Shown here: piece by piece, positions 26,977 to 36,393 of the stretch | Numbering within the stretch: the first letter of the stretch is position 1 | Layout of the letters: each line of letters opens with the position of its first letter | Source of the DNA: an uncultured Acetobacteraceae bacterium | Lineage (GTDB): Bacteria; Pseudomonadota; Alphaproteobacteria; Acetobacterales; Acetobacteraceae | Direction: 5' to 3' | NCBI GenBank assembly: GCA_937858325.1 | Contig: CALMAB010000489.1 | Span: 1-50,487, forward strand | DNA length: 50,487 nt | Program-made: the position numbers and the translations under genes | The notes under the pieces: model-generated | Told to the model about the DNA's origin: nothing | Database searches by the model: none | The model's input: the letters and a program-made list of their open reading frames with translations, nothing else

Positions 26977-27741
26977 ATGCAGAACTCCGTGAAGGTCCTT
27001 CTTGCCGGCGAGTCCTGGATGACGCACAGCGTCCACGTGAAAGGGTTCGATTCCTTTGACATGTCGTCCTACCACGAGGGCGGCACGGAGATGATCGCGG
27101 CCATGCGGGCCGGCGGCGTCGAGGTGACCTACCAGCCGAGCCACGTCGCGATGAACGACTTCCCTTATGAGCGGGAAGCGCTGGGCAAATTCGACGTTGT
27201 GATCCTGAGCGACATCGGAGCCAACACGCTGCTGCTGCCCGACCGGGTCTCCATTCGGTCGGAGCCCGCGCCCAATCGCCTGCATCTCATCCGCGACTTT
27301 GTGATCGGGGGCGGCGGCCTTCTGATGGTTGGCGGCTATCTGACCTTTCAGGGCATCCAGGCGAAGGGCAACTACAAGGGCAGCGCCGTTGAAGAGGTGC
27401 TGCCGATCGAGTTCTTCGCTTACGACGACCGCAACGAGCAGCCGCAGGGGGTGACGCCGACGATCGTCGAGACAGGACACCCCGTCCTGGCCGGGCTGTC
27501 GAACTGGCCGCAGTTCCTTGGATATAACCGCTCGACGGCGCGACCGGATGCGACCGTGCTGGCGCGGTTCGGCGACGACCCGTTCATCGCTGTCCGTGAG
27601 CCCGGGCAGGGCCGCAGCGCGATATTCTCCTCCGACTGCGGCCCTCATTGGGGACCGCCTGCTTTCGTGAGTTGGAGCGGTTACGGGCCGCTCTGGATCA
27701 ACCTCGTGACGTGGCTAGCTGGCAAGAAGCACGCAGGATGA
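26977..27741 (+). CDS. GATase1-like protein (DUF1355/STM3548 family)
   Basis: KVLLAGESW, HVKGFD, ILSDIGANTLL, MVGGYLTFQG and SDCGPHW motifs. Confidence 0.88.
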   Translation: MQNSVKVLLAGESWMTHSVHVKGFDSFDMSSYHEGGTEMIAAMRAGGVEVTYQPSHVAMNDFPYEREALGKFDVVILSDIGANTLLLPDRVSIRSEPAPNRLHLIRDFVIGGGGLLMVGGYLTFQGIQAKGNYKGSAVEEVLPIEFFAYDDRNEQPQGVTPTIVETGHPVLAGLSNWPQFLGYNRSTARPDATVLARFGDDPFIAVREPGQGRSAIFSSDCGPHWGPPAFVSWSGYGPLWINLVTWLAGKKHAG

Positions 27742-27750
27742 GCGGCAGCA

Positions 27751-27765
27751 TGGCACCCGTCGTGC
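27751..27765 (+). promoter_or_regulatory. Candidate sigma54 promoter
   Basis: TGGCACCCGTCGTGC has GG-N10-GC spacing, about 70 bp before the SBP start. It is also a hairpin, so it may be coincidental. Confidence 0.35.
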
Positions 27766-27832
27766 CTTGGATGGTTGGAAGCAGAACGGCCGGCTGGTTG
27801 CTCGGGCAATCGATCACATGGGGGGTCATTCG

Positions 27833-28978
27833 ATGACAGCGCACCGCACGACCTCGTCTCGTTCCATTCTCAAGCAGCTTCGCGCCCTCGCGCTTGCCGG
27901 GACGCTTCTGGCCGGCAAGGCCTCCATGACTCAGGCCGCCGACGGCATGGTGGGTGGCGAGTTCGCCCTGAAAGGCCAGGTGACATCGACGGTTGGACCG
28001 AACGGCGCAACAGGCCAACCAGCAAGCGTCCTGAGCTTCACGGATGACGAAGTGAAGAAGTTGCAGGCTAGTCACTATTCCGTGGCGCTGCTGTTCCAGA
28101 CGAGTTCCGACTGGGCCAATGCGGTGACGCTTGGCGCCCAAGACGAGTTGAAGGCGCTCGGCATCGAGGTCGCGGGCCTGAGCAACTCGAACTACAGTGC
28201 TTCCGACCAGGCCCATGCGGTCGGGACCATGCTGGCCAAGAAGCCCTCCGGCATCGTGGTCTGGCCGGTCAACCCGGATGAATTGCGGCCCGCCTTGCAG
28301 AAGGCTGCCGATGCCGGCGTCAAGCTCGCACTAATCAGCAACATGCCATCGGGTTTTCAGCAGGGTAAGGACTATGTCGGCTTGGTCGGTGACGATCTGT
28401 TCGCCATGGGGCAGAAGACAGCACAGGGTCTTGCCAAAGCGATCAACGAGGAGGGCGACATCGGATTCCTCTATTTCGACGCCAACGCCTATGTGGTGAA
28501 CCAGCGCGACGCCGCCTTCCGCACCACGATCGAGAAAGATTTTCCCAAAATCAAGATCGCGGCCACGCAGGGCTTCTCTGATCCGGCGCGCGCCTTTCAG
28601 ATTGCCAGCGCCATGATCCTGCAAAACCCGAAGCTGAAAGGCATCTACGCGCCCTGGGCGGAGCCTGCAGCCGGCGTACTCCAAGCCATCCGCACCGCCC
28701 ACCGTACCGACATCGCGGTCGGCACGATGGATCTGTCGAATACGGTGGCGGTTTCGCTTGCTCAGAATGGCGCCGTGAAGGCGCTCACGGTCGATGATCC
28801 CTACTCCATCGGCAAGTCGCTCGTGGCCGAGATCGGCTACTCGCTCATCGGCAAGGCCGCCCCGGCCTATATCCAGGTGCCGGCCATTCCCGTGACCAAG
28901 GACAGCATCCTCGACGCCTACGCCCAAAGCTATCACGCCGTGCCGCCGCCCGAAGTGATCCAGGCGCTCGGGAAGTAG
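27833..28978 (+). CDS. Sugar ABC substrate-binding protein
   Basis: Signal-like N-terminus; GPNG...TDDEVKKL, NQRDAAF and IYAPWAEPA motifs of an RbsB-like subgroup. Confidence 0.88.
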   Translation: MTAHRTTSSRSILKQLRALALAGTLLAGKASMTQAADGMVGGEFALKGQVTSTVGPNGATGQPASVLSFTDDEVKKLQASHYSVALLFQTSSDWANAVTLGAQDELKALGIEVAGLSNSNYSASDQAHAVGTMLAKKPSGIVVWPVNPDELRPALQKAADAGVKLALISNMPSGFQQGKDYVGLVGDDLFAMGQKTAQGLAKAINEEGDIGFLYFDANAYVVNQRDAAFRTTIEKDFPKIKIAATQGFSDPARAFQIASAMILQNPKLKGIYAPWAEPAAGVLQAIRTAHRTDIAVGTMDLSNTVAVSLAQNGAVKALTVDDPYSIGKSLVAEIGYSLIGKAAPAYIQVPAIPVTKDSILDAYAQSYHAVPPPEVIQALGK

Positions 28979-29026
28979 CTTGGGCTCCGGCGCCGACCGG
29001 CGGCGTGCTCCGCCTCGGATACTGAG

Positions 29027-30028
29027 ATGATGACCGATCACCCCGTCACGACGACTGACAGGCCACCGGCAGAGCAAACGACCGGCTTGACCGACCGCCA
29101 TGCGTTTCGCTGGACCGACATCACGGTCTATCTCGGCTTCGTGCTCGTCTTCGGCTTCTTTGCACTCACGCTGCACGACAAAGGCTTCCTGAGCGCACAG
29201 AACGCCACCTCGATCGTCTCCCAGGTGACGCCGATTGCGCTGATGGCATTCGGCGCCGTCTTCGTGCTGACGGCTGGTGAGATCGACCTTTCGATCGGCT
29301 CGGTCGTCGCCATGTCGGCCCTTTTCACCGCGTTGGGCCTCCGGCATTTTGGGTTGCCGGCAGGGATCGCGTTCGGGCTTCTGACAGGCGTGGGTGCGGG
29401 TTTGCTCAACGGCCTCCTGATCGTCGGTCTGCGCGTGCCGTCATTCCTGATCACGCTCGGCACCATGCAACTGTTCAGCGGCATCGCGCAGATGTCCACG
29501 CAGTTGCAGGACGTTCCGATCGTGAACGGGACCTACACGACCCTGTTCGGCTCAGGGACGGTCGGGCCGCTTTCGGACGCGGTGGTCTGGCTCGTGATCG
29601 GGTTCATCGTCGCCCAGATCGCCTATCGCAACCTCGCTTTCGGCTGGCGGGTCATGGCGACGGGCAGCAGCGGCGCGAGCGCCCGGGCGCTCGGTGTCAA
29701 CACGCGACGCGTGCGGATTTCTGTCATGATGATCTCGTCCTGCACGGCCGCCCTCGCGGGCATGCTCTACGCGGGCGAGGTGCAGGGAGCGGTTTATACG
29801 CTCGGCTCCAGCGATCTTCTCACCGTTCTGGCCGGCGTCGTGATCGGCGGAACAAGCCTGTTCGGCGGCCAGGGCAGCATTCCAGGCGCGCTGCTCGGCT
29901 CCATCCTGATGGCCATGATCGTCAACGGCCTCGTCCTGATGGGGGCAACCGTGCAGCAGCAGATCGTCGTGCAGGGACTCATTATCGTCGCCGCGGTGGC
30001 AGTGAGCCAGAGGCAGCCCGCCGAATGA
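29027..30028 (+). CDS. Sugar ABC permease
   Basis: GEIDLSIGS, PSFLITLG, VIGGTSLFGG. Confidence 0.92.
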   Translation: MMTDHPVTTTDRPPAEQTTGLTDRHAFRWTDITVYLGFVLVFGFFALTLHDKGFLSAQNATSIVSQVTPIALMAFGAVFVLTAGEIDLSIGSVVAMSALFTALGLRHFGLPAGIAFGLLTGVGAGLLNGLLIVGLRVPSFLITLGTMQLFSGIAQMSTQLQDVPIVNGTYTTLFGSGTVGPLSDAVVWLVIGFIVAQIAYRNLAFGWRVMATGSSGASARALGVNTRRVRISVMMISSCTAALAGMLYAGEVQGAVYTLGSSDLLTVLAGVVIGGTSLFGGQGSIPGALLGSILMAMIVNGLVLMGATVQQQIVVQGLIIVAAVAVSQRQPAE

Positions 30029-30813
30029 GCGCCGCGACCCAGAAGGAGGGTGGTGAACCGCTGCTGCGGGTTTCAGGGCTAGGCAAGATGTTCGGTGGCC
30101 TGCGCGCCTTGAAAGAGATCGACTTGGCGGTGTGGCCCGGCGAGGTCGTAGGACTTGTCGGAGACAACGGCGCCGGCAAATCGACGCTCGTGCGCTGCAT
30201 CGCGGGCGTTTACACGCCCGACGAGGGCGAGGTTGCGGTCGGCGGCGTTGCCATGGGGCACGGCGGACCGAAGCACGCGGCCGAACTCGGCATCGAAGTC
30301 GTGCACCAGGATCTATCCTTGGTGATACACGGCGACGTCGCCCAAAACCTTTACCTCAACCGCGAGATCCGATCGCGCATCCCTGGGCTTAAGCAGATCG
30401 GCTGGCTCGACAAGGCGGCCATGCGGGCGGGAGCACGCGCGATCCTCGACCAGGTTGGGATGGGTGGCACGGTGTCGGTCCGGCAGCGTGTCAGCGACCT
30501 GTCGGGGGGGCAGCGCCAATGCGTCGCCATAGGCCGGGCGATCGGCTGGAGCCGCAGGATCGTGTTTCTCGACGAACCCACGGCCGCCCTGGGTGTGCGC
30601 CAGACCCGGCACGTGCTCGACCTCATCATGCGCTTGCAGAACCAGGGGATCGCGGTCGTTCTGATTAGCCACAACATGGAGCAGGTGTTGGAGGTCTGCG
30701 ACCGGGTCGTGGTGCTCCGACTCGGCCGCAAGGTCGCCGACGAGGCCGTCGCGGCCCTCGACGGCCCCACGCTCGTCGGCTACGTGACGGGCCTCCGCAG
30801 GGCTGAGGCGTAG
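30025..30813 (+). CDS. Sugar ABC ATP-binding protein, single NBD
   Basis: GDNGAGKST, LSGGQRQ, FLDEPTAAL. Confidence 0.93.
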   Translation: MSAATQKEGGEPLLRVSGLGKMFGGLRALKEIDLAVWPGEVVGLVGDNGAGKSTLVRCIAGVYTPDEGEVAVGGVAMGHGGPKHAAELGIEVVHQDLSLVIHGDVAQNLYLNREIRSRIPGLKQIGWLDKAAMRAGARAILDQVGMGGTVSVRQRVSDLSGGQRQCVAIGRAIGWSRRIVFLDEPTAALGVRQTRHVLDLIMRLQNQGIAVVLISHNMEQVLEVCDRVVVLRLGRKVADEAVAALDGPTLVGYVTGLRRAEA

Positions 30814-30815
30814 CC

Positions 30816-32306
30816 ATGCGACGCGAGATCAGGATCGGACTTCATGCGGAGGGCGATGCCGCGGACGGCTGGACCCGCGTGCTGCGGCAGGACCGGTTGC
30901 CATGGGATCACGTCGATGGTCCGGACCGGCCGATCATCGTCTTCGACGGCGCACTCCCCTCCTGGTGCGAAGCCTTTGTCGAGCGCGGCGGCGGCGCCGT
31001 GGTGACGGGCGCAGCAAGGGCCGACGCGCTGCTTGGCCCGAGTTGCACCGCGACTCTGACCCGATTTCGCCCGCCAAACCGTGACCGGGAGGCCACCCTG
31101 CCCTGTCTGGCCCGGGTGTTCGACGGACAAGGCGAGGGCGAGATCCGCCTGCACGAGAACCGCAAGGCACGGAGCGGCAACCTGGCCGATGTCCGGCCTG
31201 CGGTTCTGACGCGGCCGCATGGCGAGGGATGGCTGGTGTTCACCGGCCTGCCGCTCGCCAGCCACCTGGCTGCGGTCGGCGACAGCCTGCGGGCATTTAC
31301 GGAGGCATCGAACGTCACGGAACGTGTCGCGACCGTCGACAAAGCCGAACTTGCCGATACGATGACGGGAATGCTCCAGCAGGCTTCTGCCAAGCTGCGC
31401 CTGCCATTCGTGCGCATCGCCCGTTATCCGCTGGCGGCCCGCTCCGTGTTCCTGTTCCGCGTCGACGTCGACGGCCTGTTTGGCCCCAATTGCCGGACCA
31501 TTGCCGAAGTTGCCGAAGCGTATGGCATCCACGGCTCGTTCTACTTCAACAAGGCGCTGTGCACGGCCTATCCCGGGGACCTGGCCCCCGACTGGCTCCG
31601 TAGTCACGAGGTCGCTCATCACGCCGACTTACATGACCTCTTCGACACCGCCGCCGAGAACAAAACCAATTTGCAGGGCGGCATGGACTGGGTCGAGCGG
31701 CACCTCGGCGCGCGGACCACCGGCTACGTGGCACCGCGCGGGTTGTGGAATCATGCGCTCGACCGAGCCATGGCCGAACTCGGCCACGTCTATTCGTCCG
31801 ACTTCGGGCTCGACTTCGACTCACTCCCGTTCTTCACGCCGGCAGGCGTCCTTCAGGTCCCCGTTCATCCCTTCTCACCTGAGCGTCTCGCGATCCACCA
31901 GGAAGATGCCGGCCTCGGCCCGCCGGGCAGCAACGCCGTGCTGCATCACTACGTGTCGGCGCTTGAGCGGCAGGTTGCCTTGCGGCGGCCCGCCCACCTC
32001 TACGGCCACCCCGAAATTCTGGGCCGCATGGCGCGGGAGGTTCTACCCGCTCTCTTCGATGCTGTCGCCCGCCTCGGCCTTCCCACGATGACCGTGACAG
32101 ACTTCGCGCGCTGGTGGATCGAACGCGACGCGGCGACGCTTGGTTACACGGTCGATGCCAACGAGACCGTCGCAATCGAGACGACGGGCGAGGCAATCGA
32201 GGTTTTTGCGGCCCAGAGCGGACACATCATCTTTGACAGCAGCACGCACCATCCGCAACCGGGCGCTTGGACCGTTCTCACTCGACGCCACAAGGCTGAA
32301 GCGTGA
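30816..32306 (+). CDS. Polysaccharide deacetylase (CE4/NodB-like) with extra N-terminal domain
   Basis: FRVDVD, HEVAHHADLH, YVAPRG and YGHP motifs. Confidence 0.75.
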   Translation: MRREIRIGLHAEGDAADGWTRVLRQDRLPWDHVDGPDRPIIVFDGALPSWCEAFVERGGGAVVTGAARADALLGPSCTATLTRFRPPNRDREATLPCLARVFDGQGEGEIRLHENRKARSGNLADVRPAVLTRPHGEGWLVFTGLPLASHLAAVGDSLRAFTEASNVTERVATVDKAELADTMTGMLQQASAKLRLPFVRIARYPLAARSVFLFRVDVDGLFGPNCRTIAEVAEAYGIHGSFYFNKALCTAYPGDLAPDWLRSHEVAHHADLHDLFDTAAENKTNLQGGMDWVERHLGARTTGYVAPRGLWNHALDRAMAELGHVYSSDFGLDFDSLPFFTPAGVLQVPVHPFSPERLAIHQEDAGLGPPGSNAVLHHYVSALERQVALRRPAHLYGHPEILGRMAREVLPALFDAVARLGLPTMTVTDFARWWIERDAATLGYTVDANETVAIETTGEAIEVFAAQSGHIIFDSSTHHPQPGAWTVLTRRHKAEA

Positions 32307-33202
32307 CCGATCCGGCGAGCCCCCGCTTTCTGTGCATCGGTGACATCGATGTCGATATCCTGATCAAGGTCGATCGCCTGCCGACCCGCGACGGCAAGGT
32401 CAACGGCACCTATCTGCAACGTGTGCCCGGCGGGATGGCGGGCAATGTCTCCGTGGCCCTGGCGCGGCTCGAAGCCGCCGTCCGGGTCCTGGGCCGGGTC
32501 GGCGATGACGACGAGGCCGCCTTCGCGCTCGCTGGTCTGGCGCAGGCAGGCGTCGACACGGCCTTCGTCGTGCGCCTCGTCGGCGTGCGCACCTTCAGCT
32601 GCATCGGGTTGATCACGCCAGACGGCGAGAAGTCGCTTGTCAAGCTCATGACGCCCACCTACCGGCCGAGCGCCGAGGACGTGTCCGAGCAGGTCTGCAA
32701 GGGCGTCGCCCACGTCCACCTGACATCCGTCGGCGATCCGGCGCTCTGCCGCCGCGTCGTTGCGGCTGCACGGACCTGCGGAGCGACGACGTCGCTCGAT
32801 ATCGAGCGGGCCGATTGCCCGTCCGATCCGGCCGAGCTTGCGGCGGCGATTGAAGGCTTCGGCATGCTGTTCTGCAATGCCGAGGCACGGACCGTTCTCG
32901 ACGCCGGGTTCGCAGGCCAGCTCACCGCCTTGGTGCCGACCGTCGTCACGACGCTCGGCGAGAACGGCGCGCGTGTCGAGGACGGTGGTCGAGCAGTCGA
33001 CGCGGCCGGCTTTCCCGCCGACGCGGTCGACACCACGGGCGCGGGGGATTGCTTCGCGGCAGCGTGCCTGCACGCCCGGTTTGTGCAACGTCTTGACTGG
33101 CCCGGGTCTTTGCGCTTCGCCAATTGTGCTGCGGCTTTGTCGACGCAGGGCTATGGAGCTCAATCCGCCCTGCCGACCCTCAGCGACATCGGACAGCCCT
33201 AG
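32303..33202 (+). CDS. PfkB-family carbohydrate kinase
   Basis: PGGMAGNVSVALARL, GRVGDD, DTTGAGDCF. Confidence 0.93.
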   Translation: MTDPASPRFLCIGDIDVDILIKVDRLPTRDGKVNGTYLQRVPGGMAGNVSVALARLEAAVRVLGRVGDDDEAAFALAGLAQAGVDTAFVVRLVGVRTFSCIGLITPDGEKSLVKLMTPTYRPSAEDVSEQVCKGVAHVHLTSVGDPALCRRVVAAARTCGATTSLDIERADCPSDPAELAAAIEGFGMLFCNAEARTVLDAGFAGQLTALVPTVVTTLGENGARVEDGGRAVDAAGFPADAVDTTGAGDCFAAACLHARFVQRLDWPGSLRFANCAAALSTQGYGAQSALPTLSDIGQP

Positions 33203-33244
33203 CGCCCTGAACCTACTCGATATGGTCGCGCCTTGGAGGACATC

Positions 33245-34441
33245 ATGTTTCTTGACGGACTGAGGCGGCGTAACCCGGGCCTCATCGAACAGGCAATCTC
33301 CTTGCACCAGGCTGGCGCCATTCCGGCCAACAGCTACGTAATCGATCTCGATGCCGTGGGCGGGAACGCAGCCCTGATCCGAGCCGAAGCCGACAAGGTT
33401 GGACTCAAGGTGTTTGCCATGACCAAGCAAATGGGCCGCAACGGCGACTTTTGCCGGGCCGTCAAGGCGGGCGGAATCAACAAGGCCGTTGCGGTCGACA
33501 TGGAATGCGCCCGGGCCTGCGCCCGAGTTGGCCTCGGCATCGGCCACCTCGGTCATCTTGTCCAAGTGCCGCGCCACGAAGCCGGCGCTGGCGCGGCCTT
33601 TGCCCCGGATTTCTGGACCGTGTTCAATCGGGAGAAGGCCGGCGAAGCCGCGAAAGCCGCCAGGGCGTGCGGGCGGAGCCAAGCCTTGCTGGCGCGCATT
33701 CACGCCGAGGGCGACCGGTTCTATAACGGGCACGAAGGCGGCTTCCGAGCCGAAGATGTCGTCAGCGTGGCAGATGAGATGGACCAGCTTGATGGCGGCG
33801 AATCCACCGGCGTCACGACTTTTCCGGCGCTGCTCTTCGAGGATCGGACTGGAACGATTGGTCCCACGCCCAATCTCGCGACGCTGGCCCGCAGCGTCGA
33901 GGCGCTGCGTAAGGCCGGTTGCCGCGATATCGAGGTCAATGCGCCCGGCACCACCTCGTCGGCAACGATCCAGATGCTTGCAGACCACGGGGCGACACAA
34001 TGCGAGCCGGGCCACGGTCTCACCGGAACCACGCCGCTTCATGCAATCCGCGAGCTGCCAGAGACGCCGGCCGTTTGCTACATCACCGAAGTGTCCCATC
34101 TCCATGCGGGCCGGGCTTATTGCTTCGGCGGCGGCCTGTACATCGATCCGGTGTTCCCCGACTACGACGTGAAGGCCTTGTTCGGACGGGCGCCCGAAGC
34201 GGTCGGTGACCCGCCTCGCCGGGTGGACATCCCGCCGCCCGCCGCCATCGACTATTATGGAATGATCGACGCCTCAGGCCCTGGCGCGCCGCAGGTCGGC
34301 GACACGGTGGTGTTCGGCTTTCGCCCGCAGGCGTTCGTCACCCGCGCCTACACGGTGGGCCTCTCGGGCATCCGCACTGGCAGGCCGCGCGTTCATGCGC
34401 TTCACGATGCCTTCGGCCGAATGCTCAACATACCCTCTTGA
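33245..34441 (+). CDS. YhfX-family PLP-dependent alanine-racemase-fold enzyme
   Basis: MFLDGLRRRNPGLI, YVIDLD, AMTKQMGRN, GHLGHLVQVP, EPGHGLTGTTP and FRPQAFVTR parallel E. coli YhfX; GGAGGA RBS. Confidence 0.88.
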   Translation: MFLDGLRRRNPGLIEQAISLHQAGAIPANSYVIDLDAVGGNAALIRAEADKVGLKVFAMTKQMGRNGDFCRAVKAGGINKAVAVDMECARACARVGLGIGHLGHLVQVPRHEAGAGAAFAPDFWTVFNREKAGEAAKAARACGRSQALLARIHAEGDRFYNGHEGGFRAEDVVSVADEMDQLDGGESTGVTTFPALLFEDRTGTIGPTPNLATLARSVEALRKAGCRDIEVNAPGTTSSATIQMLADHGATQCEPGHGLTGTTPLHAIRELPETPAVCYITEVSHLHAGRAYCFGGGLYIDPVFPDYDVKALFGRAPEAVGDPPRRVDIPPPAAIDYYGMIDASGPGAPQVGDTVVFGFRPQAFVTRAYTVGLSGIRTGRPRVHALHDAFGRMLNIPS

Positions 34442-34646
34442 GCAATAAACCGGTGGCGGTCTCGTGACGCATCTGGGATTGGTTCGGGTCAACAATCGCT
34501 CCGTAAAATGGAAACTCACCCCGCCGAAACGGTGGCGAAACCCCCTTGAGTAAGACAAATCCGAGCTGCGCGCCATGACGCGCCGAGCCGTGTTTCGGCT
34601 TCAGCATCCTGGGCGTCCGTGCTCATTCCCCGTACCTTGCGCCCAC

Positions 34647-35399
34647 TCAGCCCATGAGGCTCCCCCCGTTCACCTGCATGACCTCGCCGTTCATGTAGCT
34701 CGACATGTCGGAGGCGAGGAACACGGCGACGGTTGCGATCTCAGCCGGCAGGCCCACCCGCCCCGCCGGGGACGCCGCGCCCGCGGCGGCGATCTCGGCT
34801 TCCGTCATGCCGAAGCGCGGCTGCGCCGTGTCCACAAGGCCCGGGGCGATGGCGTTGACCCGGATGCCGTGGGGAGCCAGCTCCAGCGCCATCGCGCGGG
34901 TGAGCGAGACCACCCCGCCCTTGCTGGCCGAGTAGTGCACGCCGCGCACGGCGCCATGCGCGGCGACGGAGGCGATGTTGATGATGGCGCCGCCCGTTTG
35001 CGCCGCGACCATCCTGCGCGCTGCGGCCTGGGCGCAGAACGCGGTGCCCTTGAGGTTGACCGCGTGCGTCGCGTCCCAGGTCGCCTCCGTCAGTTCAAGG
35101 AACGGGGCACGGGGGTAAATCCCTGCGTTGTTGACCAGCACATGCAGGCATCCCAGCGCGTCCCACGCCGCCTCGACGACGCCCTGTGCGCCCACCACCG
35201 TGCCGAGGTCGCCGCGCACCAGCGCCGCCTCGCGGCCGCGCGCGCGCACGCTGTCCGCCACCGCCTTCGCCGCGGCCTCGTCGTCGAGCCAGCTGATGGC
35301 GACATCCGCGCCTTCCCGCGCCAGCTCGGTCGCGACCGCGGCGCCAATGCCCTGCTGCGCGCCAGTGACCAGGGCTGCCTTGTCTTTCAACCGCATCAC
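34647..35399 (-). CDS. Short-chain dehydrogenase/reductase
   Basis: TGAQQGIG, NNAG, YSASK. Confidence 0.93.
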   Translation of the reverse strand: MMRLKDKAALVTGAQQGIGAAVATELAREGADVAISWLDDEAAAKAVADSVRARGREAALVRGDLGTVVGAQGVVEAAWDALGCLHVLVNNAGIYPRAPFLELTEATWDATHAVNLKGTAFCAQAAARRMVAAQTGGAIINIASVAAHGAVRGVHYSASKGGVVSLTRAMALELAPHGIRVNAIAPGLVDTAQPRFGMTEAEIAAAGAASPAGRVGLPAEIATVAVFLASDMSSYMNGEVMQVNGGSLMG

Positions 35400-35407
35400 A
35401 ATTGCTC

Positions 35408-36367
35408 CTATGCGGACTGCTGCCGACCGCAGCGGCCCTGCCCCTGTTCAACCGGCGGAAGCGCCCGGCCTGGACGCTGAGACCGCCAGTGCTCAGCGAT
35501 CGCAAGGCGCTGCGCAACCCACACATCCCTGTGCCGGGCGACATGGTCAAGGAAGCGCGCGAGCCCCACCGCGCGAGCGGGATGGCCGATCAGCCGCGCA
35601 TGCAGCCCGACCGACATCATCTTCGGCGCATGACGGCCCTCGGCATACAGGAAGTCGAAGGCATCGCGATGCCAAGTCTCGTAGTCCCGGGCAGTGGCAA
35701 ACCCGCCGCGAACGAATTTGGCGTCATTGTTGGCGTGCGTGTAGGGCACGACCAGTTGCTGGCGTCCCTCCACCTCGACCCAGTATGGGAGATCGTCGTT
35801 GTAGGCGTCGCTGTCATACAGGAAGCCGCCCTCCTCCAGGAGCAAGCGACGCGTGTTCAGTCCCGGACCGTAGCGGCAATACCAGCCGAGGGGACGCCGG
35901 CCGATGGTGGCCTCCAGGCTCTTGACGGCGCGGCGGATGTGCTCGCGTTCCTCGGCCTCGGACAGGGTGAAGTGGTTGACCCAGCGCCAGCCGTGACAAC
36001 AAACGTCGTAGCCGCCGTCGCGAACGGCCGCCGCCAGCGCCGGCTGTTGCTCAAGCGGCTGCGCGCAGGCGAACAGGGTCAGCGGCAGGTCGCGTTCCTC
36101 GAACAGGCGAAGCACGCGCCAGACGCCGGCGCGGCTGCCATACTCGAACATCGACTCCGCCGCGAGGTCGCGTTCGCCACGCGGCACCCAAGACTCCGGC
36201 ATCTCGGTCAGCGTGGTTTCCGAGAAACCGTCCTGCCCGGCCGAGTATTCCGATCCCTCCTCAATGTTGAGAACGAAGTTGATCGCGAGCCGGGCGTCCC
36301 CCGGCCAGCGCGGGTCCGGCGGTATGCGGCCATAGCCAATGAGATCGCGCTCGGCGGGAGGGGTCAC
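35408..36367 (-). CDS. PuuE/allantoinase-like polysaccharide-deacetylase-family hydrolase
   Basis: RDLIGYG..PPDPRWPGDARLAINFVLNIEEGSE, ESMFEYGSRAG, CHGWRW, SVGLHARLIGHPAR; GTG start inferred. Confidence 0.88.
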   Translation of the reverse strand: MTPPAERDLIGYGRIPPDPRWPGDARLAINFVLNIEEGSEYSAGQDGFSETTLTEMPESWVPRGERDLAAESMFEYGSRAGVWRVLRLFEERDLPLTLFACAQPLEQQPALAAAVRDGGYDVCCHGWRWVNHFTLSEAEEREHIRRAVKSLEATIGRRPLGWYCRYGPGLNTRRLLLEEGGFLYDSDAYNDDLPYWVEVEGRQQLVVPYTHANNDAKFVRGGFATARDYETWHRDAFDFLYAEGRHAPKMMSVGLHARLIGHPARAVGLARFLDHVARHRDVWVAQRLAIAEHWRSQRPGRALPPVEQGQGRCGRQQSA

Positions 36368-36393
36368 TTGATTGTCCTGCTGCTGGCCTGTTG

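Noticed and set aside
35408-36367. Definitive puuE allantoinase call
   Set aside because: Family motifs are clear, but no other purine-catabolism genes are nearby, so the substrate is left open.
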